Of a stretch of DNA of 64,000 nucleotides, positions 13,542 through 29,722 are shown in pieces. Each line of letters starts with the position of its first letter. Positions within the stretch are counted from its first letter, which is position 1. The notes beneath the pieces are model-generated. The model had not been told where the DNA came from. It saw only the letters and a list, made by a program, of their open reading frames with translations, and searched no databases. Source of the stretch: Eledone cirrhosa (lineage: Eukaryota); the NCBI GenBank assembly GCA_964016885.1, contig OZ024744.1, positions 62,310,001 to 62,374,000 on the forward strand, written 5' to 3'. Made by a program: the position numbers and the translations under genes.

Positions 13542-14640
13542 CCTTGTAGCCTCAATACCCCCACCCCCTCCCCTAGTCTGTTAGATTTGGCGGACTCCGC
13601 TTTCTATAGCAGTTGTGTTAGACCTCGGATACTTGCCCCCTTATCCGACCACTCCCCCTTTTTTCCGTGCCTTCTATATTTCTTAGTGGCATCTCTGCTT
13701 TATTTCTCGTTTATTCAGTTTTTCTTTCTTCTCTTTTCTTTTGGGCGGGGTGGATTCTGAATTAATTTTCCGTATTCTACTTTTACTTCGTACGAACTTT
13801 CATGTAGCTTGTATAAGAACTTTTGTAGCGTGGCGGTACCCTTAGAGTTAGCATTAGTATATTTTTTTCGGGACTCTGAATTATTATTTCGTACTAATTT
13901 ACTTTTCTGCACTGGGTGGTATCTGGCCTTGTGCCCGGGGTAGAAACCTTTAATTATTTTGTGATAGTTTCTTTAGTATTTTGGACCCCCTTTGTTGACC
14001 CGTCACTGTATGATATACGTACTTATACCTCTTAAAAGGGTCCTTTCCTATTCCGTCCCACCTAGTTTATTTATTTAGTATTTTTTTTTTCATTTATCTA
14101 TTTATTCATTTATTTATTTATTTATTTATTTATTTAGCCTAACAATAGCGAGAGACTTAGGCCATAGAAATTGCTTTTTTTTTTTTTCTTTACATTTATT
14201 CGCTTCACTCTCAGTATATTTTTACCCTTTATTGTTCTACTTAGCGTTTCGACTTCCTCCCCCACCCTAGTATCTTCTTTGACCTCAAGCCCAGCTGTAG
14301 CCGGCACCACCAACGTATGAATGGGTCTAATCCACTCCCTCCTCATTTTCTCCTACTGGCAGGTTTAGCTACCCCTTCCCCCACTAATTTGCCATCACAG
14401 AATTACAACTAACTTGTGACCAATCCTTGTGGCAATCACTTTGACCATATATGAAATTACCCCTTGAGAAGCTCGGCTATTTAAATACCAGGATAAATGT
14501 TCATTTAGTCCAGAATTAGCCGTCGAAACGGCTTGAGCTCAGCCGTCGGGGTCTTACTGGTTCCTATTACCCACTCTACTACCCTAAGTATTGAGTACTT
14601 TGGTGCGTCCACCTGGTTCCTTACCACATTTCCTTCGTTA
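13541..14640 (+). mobile_element. non-coding hammerhead-bearing element between (TA)n tracts (PLE 3' end or retrozyme-like)
   Basis: Bounded by TA tracts and contains the hammerhead at 14459-14552. Its 3' end recurs at 32262-32458 (inverted), 29428-29465 and about 34590-34700. Confidence 0.55.
14459..14552 (+). ncRNA. type I hammerhead ribozyme, U3-A8 core variant
   Basis: Helix I ACCCC/GGGGU, core UUGAGAA, helix II G..CGGCUA/UAGCCG.C, GAAA, helix III ACGGCU/AGCCGU, GUC triplet. Predicted cut after 14547. Confidence 0.7.
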
Positions 14641-17600
14641 TATATAATATATATAATATATATATATATAATATAATATATAATATATAATATATATAAT
14701 ATATAATAATATATATAATATATAATAATATATATAATAATATATATAATATATAATAATATATATAATATATAATAATATATATAATATATAATAATAT
14801 ATATAATATATAATAATATATATAATATATAATAATATATATAATATATAATAATATATATAATATATAATAATATATATAATATATAATAATATATATA
14901 ATATATAATAATATATATAATATATAATAATATATATAATATATAATAATATATATAATATATAATAATATAAATAATATATAATAATATATATAATATA
15001 TAATAATATATATAATATATAATAATATATATAATATATAATAATATATATAATATATAATAATATAAATAATATATAATAATATATATAATATATAATA
15101 ATATATATAATATATAATAATATATATAATATATAATAATATATATAATATATAATAATATATATAATATATAATAATATATATAATATATAATAATATA
15201 TATAATATATAATAATATATATAATATATAATAATATATATAATATATAATAATATATATAATATATAATAATATATATAATATATAATAATATATATAA
15301 TATATAATAATATATATAATATATAATAATATATATAATATATAATAATATATATAATATATATATATATAATATATATATATATATATAATATATATAA
15401 TATATATAATATATATAATAATATATATATATATAATATATATAATATATATAATAATATATATAATATAATATAATATATAATATATATATATATAATA
15501 TAATATAATATAATATATAATATATATATATATAATATAATATATAAATATATAATATAATATATAATATATATATATATAATATAATATATAATATATA
15601 TATATAATATATATATATAATATATATATATAATATAATATATATAATATAATATATATATATATATATATAATATAATATAATATATATAATATAATAT
15701 ATATATATAATATATATAATATAATATATATATATAATATAATATATATATAATATATATAATATAATATATATAAATAATATAATATATATATATATAA
15801 TATAATATATATATAATATATATAATATAATATATATATATAATATAATATATATATATATAATATATATATATATAATATAATATATATATATATAATA
15901 TAATATATATATATAATATATATAATATAATATATATAATATAATATATATAATATAATATATATAATATAATATATATAATATAATATATATATATAAT
16001 ATAATATATATATATAATATAATATATAATATAATATATATATAATATAATATATATATATAATATAATATATATAATATATATAATATAATATATATAT
16101 ATAATATAATATATAATATAATATATAATATATATAATATAATATATATAATATAATATATATATATAATATAATATATATATATAATATATATATATAA
16201 TATATATATAATATATATATATAATATATATATAATATATAATAATATATATATAATATATAATATATATAATATATAATAATATATAATAATATATATA
16301 ATATATATAATATATAATAATATATATAATATATAATAATATATATAATATATAATATATATAATATATAATAATATATATAATATATAATATATATAAT
16401 ATATAATAATATATATAATATATAATAATATATATAATATATAATATATATAATAATATATATAATAATATATATAATATATAATAATATATATAATATA
16501 TAATAATATATATAATAATATATATAATATATAATAATATATATAATATATAATAATATATATAATATATAATAATATATATAATATATAATAATATATA
16601 TAATATATAATAATATATATAATATATAATAATATATATAATATATAATAATATATATAATATATATATATATAATAATAATATATATATATAATAATAT
16701 ATATAATATATATATATATAATAATATATATATATATAATAATATATATAATATATATAATATATATATATATAATATATATATATATAATATATATAAT
16801 ATATATAATATATATATAATATATATAATATATATATATAATATATATAATATATATATATAATATATATAATATAATATATATATATATAATATAATAT
16901 ATAATATATATATATAATATATATATATAATATATATATATAATATATATATATAATATATATATATAATATAATATATATATATAATATAATATATATA
17001 TATAATATAATATATATATATAATATAATATATATATATAATATAATATAATATATATATATAATATAATATATATATAATATAATATATATATATAATA
17101 TAATATATATATATAATATATATAATACTAATATATATAATATAATATATATATATAATATAATATATATATATAATATAATATATATATAATATAATAT
17201 ATATAATATAATATAATATATATATAATATAATATATATATATAATATAATATATATAATATAATATATATATATAATATAATATATATAATATAATATA
17301 TATAATATAATATATATATATAATATAATATATATATATAATATAATATATATATATAATATATATAATATAATATATATAATATAATATATATATATAA
17401 TATAATATATATATATAATATAATATATATATATAATATATATAATATAATATATATAATATAATATATATATATAATATAATATATATATATAATATAA
17501 TATAATATATAATATAATATATATATATAATATAATATATATATATAATATAATATATATATAATATGATATATATATATAATATAATATATATATATAA

Positions 17601-18084
17601 TATAATATATATAATATATATAATATAATATATATATATATAATATATATAATATAATATAATATATAATATATATAATATAATATATATAATATATATA
17701 ATATAATATATATATATAATATAATATAATATATATAATATAATATAATATATATAATATATATATATATATAATATATATATATAATATATATATATAA
17801 TATAATATATATATATAATATATATATATATAATATAATATATATAATATATATAATATATATAATATATATATATAATATAATATATATATATAATATA
17901 TATAATATATAAAATATATATATAATATATATAAAATATATATATATAATATATAATATATATATATAATATATATAATATATATAAATAATATATATAA
18001 TATATATATATAATATATATAATATATATATATAATATATATAATATATATATATAATATATATAATATATATATATAATATAT
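14638..18084. repeat. ~3.4-kb almost pure A/T satellite with a 19-bp unit in its first part
   Basis: Only two G/C bases seen (17128, 17568). AATAA recurs at 14774, 14793 and 14812. Confidence 0.95.
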
Positions 18085-18797
18085 CATCATCATCAACGTT
18101 TAACGTCCGTGTTCCACGCTTGCATGGGTTTGGACGGGGGTAGCCCCACTTGAGGCAAGAGTGATTGTCTTGCTCGCATAGGACTGTCTGGCAGGTTTTC
18201 TAAAGTTGGATGCCCTTCCTAACACCAACCACATTTACAGTGTGGGTCTGGGAGGTTTTTACCGTGTTGCCTACACGGCCACATTACAGCGTGGACTGTG
18301 TGTTTTTTTGTCGTGACACCTACACGATCTCATTTGTTTCGGCCTGGATGACGCGGCACCAACATAACTTTACATAGAACGGGGTGGTGTGGATGGGGTG
18401 GGGGTGGTGGCGGGACGGGGTGTATTTTGTTAGAGATGCCTACTGGCAAGGCGGGTCTTCTCTGTTACTGAGTACCGCCAAAGGTCTCGGTCCAGTGACA
18501 TTGTCTTGGAGAGGTGTAAGTGTGTGAGGTCGGAGTTTATCAGCTCATCCCATGTTTTTCTAGGTCTGCCTATTCCGTGGCTACCGTCTATCTTTATTGC
18601 CCTGCACTTTGTTATACAGCTATCGACTTTCATGCGCATCACGTGTCCATACCAACGCAGCCTTCTCTCGAGTAAACAACATCTGATCCCTCTTATCTCT
18701 AATTTTTTCCGTAGTTCGTTTATGCTTTGCCGTTCACGTATATTACTGTTACACATCCAGCGGAGCATGCAAGCTTCGTTCCTCTCTAGTCTGCGTA
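18085..18797 (-). mobile_element. RTE LINE 3' fragment with 3'UTR and (GAT)n tail
   Basis: [15 protein letters not shown]...[11 protein letters not shown]...GRPRKTW. The UTR is shared with 25387-25790 and 38254-38636. Confidence 0.9.
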
Positions 18798-18834
18798 TAT
18801 ATATACATATATATATATACATATATATACATAC

Positions 18835-18871
<37 letters not shown>

Positions 18872-18886
18872 CATATATATACATAC

Positions 18887-18917
<31 letters not shown>

Positions 18918-18954
18918 CATATATACATATATATATATACATATATATATATAC

Positions 18955-19001
<47 letters not shown>

Positions 19002-19024
19002 CATATACATATATATACATATAC

Positions 19025-19119
<95 letters not shown>

Positions 19120-19764
19120 CATATATACATATATATATATATACATATATACATATATACATATATATATATATACATATATATATACATATATACATAT
19201 ATATATATATACATATATATACATATATACATATATACATATATATATATATACATATATATATACATATATACATATATATATATATACATATATACAT
19301 ATATATATATATACATATATACATATATATATATATACATATATACATATATATATATACATATATATATATATACATATATACATATATATATATACAT
19401 ATATATATACATATATATATATACATATATACATATATATACATATATATACATATACATATATACATATATATACATATATATACATATACATATATAT
19501 ACATATACATACATATACATATACATATACATATATATACATATACATATATACATATACATACATATACATATATATATATATATACATATACATACAT
19601 ATATATACATATACATACATATACATATATATACATATATATACATATAAATATATATACATATATATATATATACATATATATACATATATATATATAC
19701 ACATATATATATATACATATACATATATATACATATATATATATACATATACACATATACATAT

Positions 19765-19815
<51 letters not shown>

Positions 19816-19844
19816 CATATATATATATACATATATATATATAC

Positions 19845-19875
<31 letters not shown>

Positions 19876-19900
19876 CATATATATATACATATATATATAC

Positions 19901-19931
<31 letters not shown>

Positions 19932-19939
19932 CATATATA
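18798..19939. repeat. (TA)n/(TACA) microsatellite between two divergent LINEs
   Basis: Read directly. Confidence 0.95.
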
Positions 19940-21765
19940 CTTAGTGTCACGAATGACCAGAAAAAGGAGGCCTGGAAATGTCATTATGAGAGACTGATGA
20001 ATGTGGAGAACGAATGGGAGAGAGAGAAATTACCCTTGGTAGATCCGACAGAGGGACCAGCTATTGAGATTGACGAATATAGGGTCCAAGAGGCGATTAG
20101 GGAAATGAAAAATGGTAAGGCGGCCGGACCATCGGGAATAGTTGCTGAGATGCTGAAGGCATCAGGGGACGTAGGCACTAAACTGGTTGCACGCATAATC
20201 AATCAGGCTATATATGGTGGTGTCATACCCAAAGACTGGTGCAGCAGTATTCTCATAAATTGCTACAAAGGTAAAGGGGATGCTTTGGAGAGGAGCAATT
20301 ATAGGGGTATAAAACTGATAGATCAGGTTATGAAAGTGGCAGAAAGGATTCTAGCACAACTAATTAGAGAAAGGGTCAAACTAGATGAGATGCAGTTTGG
20401 TTTTGTGCCTGGGAAGAGTACAACAGATGCCCTCTTCTTGGTGAGACAAATGCAAGAGAGGTTCTTAGAGAAGAATAAGCCACTATACTTAGCCTTTGTT
20501 GACCTAGAGAAGGCCTTTGATAGGGTACCCCGATCTGTCATCTGGTGGTCCCTAAGGAAGCTGGGTGTTGAGGAATGGCTTGTAAGGACAGTGCAAACTT
20601 TGTACAGAGGTACTCTCAGTAAAGTCAGGGTAGGAATGGAGTTTAGTGAGGAATTCCAGATACAAGTAGGAGTACATCAGGGTTCGGTCCTCAGCCCGCT
20701 CTTGTTCATTATAGTCCTCCAAGCCATAACAGAGGAGTTTAAGACTGGCTGTCCATGGGAACTTCTCTATGCTGACGATCTGGCTCTTATGGCAGAATCA
20801 GTAGAGGAGCTAGAGAATAAATTCCGGCTATGGAAACAGCAGTTGGAAGCAAGAGGACTGAGAGTAAATCTAGCTAAGACAAAAGTGTTGATGAGTAGAA
20901 AAGAGGACAAAACCCTGATTCCGTCAGGGAAATGGCCATGTTCGATATGCAGAAAAGGAACTGGCATAAATTCTATAAAATGCACACAATGTAGGTCCTG
21001 GGTACACAAGAGATGTAGCGGGATAGCAGGCAAACTAACAGGTAGGGAGAAATATGTATGCAGTAGATGTACAGGGAAATTAGACAGTAGAAGTCGCACT
21101 GATAGACACATTTTTCAAATGCGAGAGGGCGCTATAGAAGTGGTGGATAGCTTCCGGTACCTAGGAGATCAGATTAGCATGGGAGGAGGGTGTTCCGAGG
21201 CCATAGTATCTAGAATAAGGACGGGTTGGAAGAAGTTTAGGGAGCTGCTTCCTCTGTTGACGAAGAAGGGTTTCTCCCTGCGTACGAAAGGCCGGTTGTA
21301 TGATGCCTGTGTGAGGAGCGCTATGCTGCATGGTAGTGAGACATGGGCAGCTACCGCAGAAGATATGCGACGGCTGGAGAAAAATGAGGCAAGCATGCTC
21401 CGTTGGATGTGCAGTGTAAATGTGCGTGAACGACCCAGCATAAATGTGTTGAGAGAGAAACTGTGTCTGAGAGGGATAGAATGTAGTGTACGGGAGAGGA
21501 GACTGAGGTGGTATGGACATGTGATGCGCATGGAGGATGACCGATGGGTGAAGAAGTGCCAGGAAATGCCAGTTGAAGGAAGACGTGGTAGAGGTAGACC
21601 ACGAAAAACATGGGCGGAGGTGGTGAGAACAGACCTCAGATCATTGAAGCTCACGGTGGAGATGACGAGGGACCGTGACGAGTGGAGAGATGCTGTGCTG
21701 AATAAGACCCGTCCCACCCTTGCAAGCAGGGAAAAGCGGACGTAAAATGATGATGATGATGATGA
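19940..21765 (+). mobile_element. young 5'-truncated RTE LINE with an open ~600-aa RT frame (19940-21745) and (GAT)n tail
   Basis: [41 protein letters not shown]4HC3-like finger, FRYLG and RRLRWYGHV. No endonuclease domain is present because of the truncation. Confidence 0.95.
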
Positions 21766-24512
<2,747 letters not shown>

Positions 24513-24914
24513 ATCTATCTAAGGCGGGTAAAATTCCCGAGATCCATGGACGAGTTCTCTCCAGCGGTCTCTGTCCCTCATTATCGCTGCCATATCCTGC
24601 ATCTCCAACAGACCAGTGTCCTTAGGGCATCAACATATGTTAACCTTGGTCTTCCTCTTCTAGTGTGTCCATGTAGGGGCTCCCAAAGGAGCACTGAGTG
24701 CAATGTCAACTCTGGATGTCGGTGAGCATGTCCAGCCAACCTCAGTCTCCTCTGTGTCACTTTTGAGCTGACTTTTGGGATGCTCCCATACAGCTCTGAG
24801 TTTTTGATCGTCAGTGTATACTGATTAATGTTCAGAGCCATCCTCAGCATTCTCGTGTAGCACCCATCCACCATCTGAGTGAGTCTCTTGGTCAGTGTCC
24901 AAGTCTCAGACCCA

Positions 24915-24916
<2 letters not shown>
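24513..24916 (-). mobile_element. 3' fragment of a second RTE/RTEX-like LINE family
   Basis: YGSETWTLT...[13 protein letters not shown]...[10 protein letters not shown]...LLWEP.HG...RGRP. A near-identical copy lies at 53365-53746. Confidence 0.85.
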
Positions 24917-24945
<29 letters not shown>

Positions 24946-25213
24946 ACATATATATATACATATATACATATACATATATATATATACATATACATATATA
25001 TATATACATATATATATATACATATATACATACATATATATACATATATACATACATATATATACATATATACATACATATATATACATATATACATACA
25101 TATATATACATATATACATACATATATATACATATATACATACATATATATACATATATACATACATATATATATACATATATACATACATATATATATA
25201 CATATATATATAC

Positions 25214-25248
<35 letters not shown>

Positions 25249-25297
25249 CATATATATATACATATATACATACATATATATATACATATATATATAC

Positions 25298-25332
<35 letters not shown>

Positions 25333-25386
25333 CATATATATATACATATATATATACATATATATATACATATATATATACATATA

Positions 25387-26807
25387 TCATCATCATCATC
25401 ATCATCATCAACGTTTAACGTCCGTGTTCCACGCTCGCATGGGTTTGGACGGGGGTAGTCCCACTTGAGGCAAGAGTGATTGTCTTGCCCGCATAGGACT
25501 GTCTGGCAGGTTTTCTACAGTTGGATGCCCTTCCTAACACCAACCACATTTACAGTGTGGGTCTGGGAGGTTTTTACCGTGTTGCCTACACGGCCACATT
25601 ACAGCGTGGACTGTGTGTTTTTTTGTCGTGACACTTACACGATCTCATTTGTTTCGGCCTGGATGGTGTGGCACCAACACAACTTTACATAGAACGGGGT
25701 GGCGTGGATAGGTGGGGGTGGTGGGACGGGGGGGGGGGGGTATTTTGTTAAAGATGCCTACTGGCTGTAGTAGGTTTTACTATGTATTTAGGTAAGGCGG
25801 GTCTTCTCTGTTACTGAGTACCGCCAAAGGTCTCGGTCCAGTGACATTGTCTTGGAGAGGTGTAAGTGTGTGAGGTCGAAGTTTATCAGCTCGTCCCAGG
25901 TTTTTCTAGGTCTGCCTATTCCGTGGCTACCGTCTATCTTTATTGCCCTGCACTTTGTTATACAGCTATCGACCTTCATGCGCATCACGTGTCCATACCA
26001 ACGTAGCCTTCTCTCGACTAAACAACATCTGATCCCTCTTATTTCTAATTTTTTCCTTAGTTCGTTTATGCTTTGCCGTTCACGTATATTACTGTTACAC
26101 ATCCAGCGGAGCATGCAAGCTCCGTTCCTCTCTAGTTTGCGTATATCCTCTGCACACAATGCCCAGGTCTCACTGCCATGCAACATTGCTGTTCGTATGC
26201 AGGCATCGTACAACCTGCCTTTCATTTTTAGGGAGAACCCTTTAGCAGCTAATAGTGGTATAAGCTCTCTGAACTTTTTCCAACCAGTTCTGACTCTAGC
26301 TACTGTACTTTCAGAGCACCCTCCCCCACTGCTGATTTTATCACCCAGGTAACGGAAACTGTCCACTATTTCTATAGAACCCTCTGCGCAATTGAAAGAG
26401 CTAGTATTTTGTGGGCACTTGCTGCTACTTATTGCACCAGAGCACCGGCCACATGTAAAATCTATGTTCTTAGTTAGCTTACCTGTGATCCCACTACATC
26501 TTTTATGCACCCATACTTTGCATTTAGGACATAAAATGGAGTTTCTACCTACGCCTTTCCTACACACCGAGCACGACCATTTCCCAGAAGGGACCGCCGC
26601 CTTATTTTCTTTCCTACAAACTAGAACTTTAGTCTTAGCCAGGTTAATTTTAAGGCCTTTTGATTCTAGGCCGTGCTTCCATGTTTGGAATTTCTTCTCT
26701 AGCTCGGCCATTGATTCCGCTATGAGTGTCAGGTCGTCTGCGTATAGGAGTTCCCATGGGCAGCCGGTCTTGAACTCCTCTGTTATAGCCTGAAGGGCAA
26801 TAATAAA
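25387..26807 (-). mobile_element. 5'-truncated RTE LINE
   Basis: [27 protein letters not shown]-like finger, [14 protein letters not shown], 3'UTR and (GAT)n tail. Confidence 0.92.
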
Positions 26808-27101
26808 ATATACATATATATATACATATATATATATACATATATATATACATATATATATACACATATATATATACATATATACATATACATATACACA
26901 TATAAAATAAATAAATTTATAGATATATATATAAATAAATAAATATATATATATATATATATATATTAAAGAGTTAAACAAGATTCAATGAGTATATCAA
27001 AGAATGAGTTTTACAGTAGATTGTAAGCACTCTGCAAAAAAATAATTTTCCAGAGTTATTAATATTAGAATATAAATATTAATAAAATAGATGTTCTAGA
27101 T

Positions 27102-27160
27102 TATATTTTGTCTGATGAGGACGTACTGTTGTACATCCGAAATATGTATAATAAAATGTA
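27102..27160 (+). ncRNA. minimal type I hammerhead ribozyme
   Basis: 10-bp helix I UAUAUUUUGU/AUAAAAUGUA, CUGAUGA, helix II GGA.GUAC-UGUU-GUAC.UCC, GAAA, self-complementary helix III AUAUGUAU, AUA triplet (cut after 27150). Flanked by a perfect 24-bp IR (27074-27097/27171-27194). Confidence 0.75.
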
Positions 27161-27197
27161 ATTGATCAAAAGAACATCTATTTTATTAATATTTGTA

Positions 27198-27243
<46 letters not shown>

Positions 27244-27250
<7 letters not shown>

Positions 27251-27534
27251 AAAAAGAGATGAAATCGAAAATGCAACTGGAGTCTTATTTTTTTTTTTTA
27301 AATATTTATATTTATTTGGTTCCTTTACCGGTTTCGCAGTTCTTCTGCTTTTCAAAAGGTGAGTTGAGATGGAGGGTCTGTGGTTTTTCTAAAAACCACA
27401 GACCCTCCATCTCAACTCACCTTTTGAAAAGCAGAAGAACTGCGAAACCGGTAAAGGAACCAAATAAATATATATATATTTTTTTAAAAATAAGACTCCA
27501 GTTGCATTTTCGATTTCATCTCTTTTTCTTTATA
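27244..27534. repeat. ~290-bp near-perfect palindrome (2-nt loop) carrying one hammerhead per arm
   Basis: The arms are reverse-complementary around 27389-27390 and the palindrome sits in (TA)n. Confidence 0.9.
27420..27457 (+). ncRNA. minimal type I hammerhead, U3-A8 variant (mirror copy at 27322-27359 on -)
   Basis: CCUU-UUGAAAA-GCAG(AAGAA)CUGC-GAA-ACCGGU-A-AAGG. Palindromic helix III and a GUA triplet. Confidence 0.7.
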
Positions 27535-27590
27535 CTTTCACTCGTGTAGGACACCTCGGTTATTTTTCATTTTGTAAAAAAATGCCTCAC

Positions 27591-27633
<43 letters not shown>

Positions 27634-27788
27634 AATATATATGTGTGTGTGTGCAAAGGTTCTATTTAAATTGTTGGGATACAACAAGCAAATATTTTTA
27701 TAACTGATATATAGCACTCAACAAATATTTGGAGTAAACATACGATATTAACAAATGGAAACTATATTTATAAAACCATACTATATTT

Positions 27789-27841
27789 ATGCAACCATTA
27801 CTGTTGGAAGCTCAGGGAGCTTCCAACAGTAATGGTTGCAT
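27789..27841. repeat. perfect 25-bp hairpin nested in a 40-bp outer IR (27741-27780/27955-27994)
   Basis: ATGCAACCATTACTGTTGGAAGCTC-AGG-GAGCTTCCAACAGTAATGGTTGCAT. Confidence 0.9.
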
Positions 27842-27888
27842 TTTTTAAGGGTATGTCAATATTTATTTATAAAACTGATCTATATTAA

Positions 27889-27951
27889 ATTTTGTCTGAT
27901 GAAAGCACACCATAATTTAACTTGGTGTCCTTGAAATATGTATAATGAAAT
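27889..27951 (+). ncRNA. minimal type I hammerhead ribozyme
   Basis: AUUUUGU-CUGAUGA-AAG C ACACCA(loop)UGGUGU C CUU-GAA-AUAUGUAU-A-AUGAAAU. Predicted cut after 27944. Confidence 0.72.
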
Positions 27952-27991
27952 AAATATGGTTTTATAAATATAGTTTTCATTTGTTAATATC

Positions 27992-28034
<43 letters not shown>

Positions 28035-29614
28035 CAAGGATATAATAAACACATACAATTACACTAAGTTATTAGATTCACGCTTGTTGTGAAAGGAAAA
28101 GGAATGTCTTAACGTATCGAACGTTCGTCCATCAAGAAAGAGTAGAGTTAGGAGAAAGAGGGGGTTGGACGGTTGAGATAAGTTATCAGTGTATGCGTGT
28201 ATGAGTGTGTGTATATATTGAAGAGTGTTTTATGTACAAACATGCATAGAATTGTCAAACATTAACTAAATGCGGACTCAGTACATGTGAGCAGTATAAT
28301 TTTCAAAAGAAATATGTGTCACTATAAATATATATGTAAATATGTGCGGCTGTATTTGCCCGTTTGTAACTGTGTATATTCTATTTTTATAGCTAATCGA
28401 TTTCTGTGGTATTCCTCCAATAAATAAATCGACAAAAAGAGATGAATCTGATTGATAAGATGCCTCTGAGACAGTGCCCCAACATAGCCACAATACAACG
28501 AGTGAAATCAATAAAAGAATATCAACGGATGGAGGTCTTTGCTTGGGTGGTCAGAGAAGACTGCAGCTGTCATTGTTGGTAAAACTGACAAAAGCATTCG
28601 TGACATTTTTTTTTCGACTCAATGGGACATTTGGGACGACAATAATTTTAACTGCGGTCTCCCCACAACCTACACTGTGTGTGTGTGTGTGTGTGTGTGT
28701 ACAAAGACATACGCATTACACACACATACACACGCCTATATTGTACACACACACGCACATACATTCCTAATAATAATCAATTGGATTGTTTGTATATCTC
28801 CAAGTTCAAAGTAAGTTTGTTTAAATAAATTTCGTGTCTATCTGTAAACATTCTTCATTAATCGATGACTGTCGCAGATGCGTCAGACAATATTATGAGA
28901 ATATGGTACACGGTCCATTACACTCTTACACTCATAAACAAACTAGAGACAACGCTGCTTTTAATAAAAGAAAAAAGATGAAAAATTCTACACTGACAAA
29001 TTATTAAACTCACTAAGTTACGTATATACAAATACATAAGGGCTACAAAAACCCATAATATACGTGTGTGCGCCAACTTCAATACATATAACCCCTACAG
29101 TCATGCTTACACCGTTTAAACTTGACCGAAAGATTTATATGTATTTTTTTTTTTTTTTTTTCCACTCTAGCGAATCTCGTCCCTTACGATTTGAACACAT
29201 GTATATATCTGTGTTTATCTTTTATATTCAATTATATTACACGGCCCGGAAAAATATCTTTCCTTGAGATATTTAATTGTGAGAGACTATTTTGAGTTTC
29301 TAACTCAATATATACCTTTGATATATGTATTAATATCCCTATTTTCTTTAAAATATGGAGTATTAAGTTGAATAACGGTTTTACTAGTATACTAATATTA
29401 TACACACACACATTATATATATATATAATGGTCCACCTGGTTCCTTACGACACTTCCTTCGTTTTATATATATATATATATAAGTTTGGAGGTTCACCAC
29501 GGGAAGAAATTTCACCTGTCCGGCCTCCTGTAATTTTATTCAATATATATATACTCACTCTGGTGAAGCTACAGTAACTGGACATTACAATCCCTATATA
29601 TATATATGTATATA

Positions 29615-29722
<108 letters not shown>

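Noticed and set aside
18506-21745. 1079-aa ORF as a single protein
   Set aside because: It is a chance fusion of an antisense LINE, a microsatellite and the real RT frame starting at about 19940.
28085-28150. Hammerhead-like motif on the minus strand (UUGAUGG...GAUACGUUAAGA)
   Set aside because: Both core boxes deviate and the helices are weak, so it is at most a decayed remnant.
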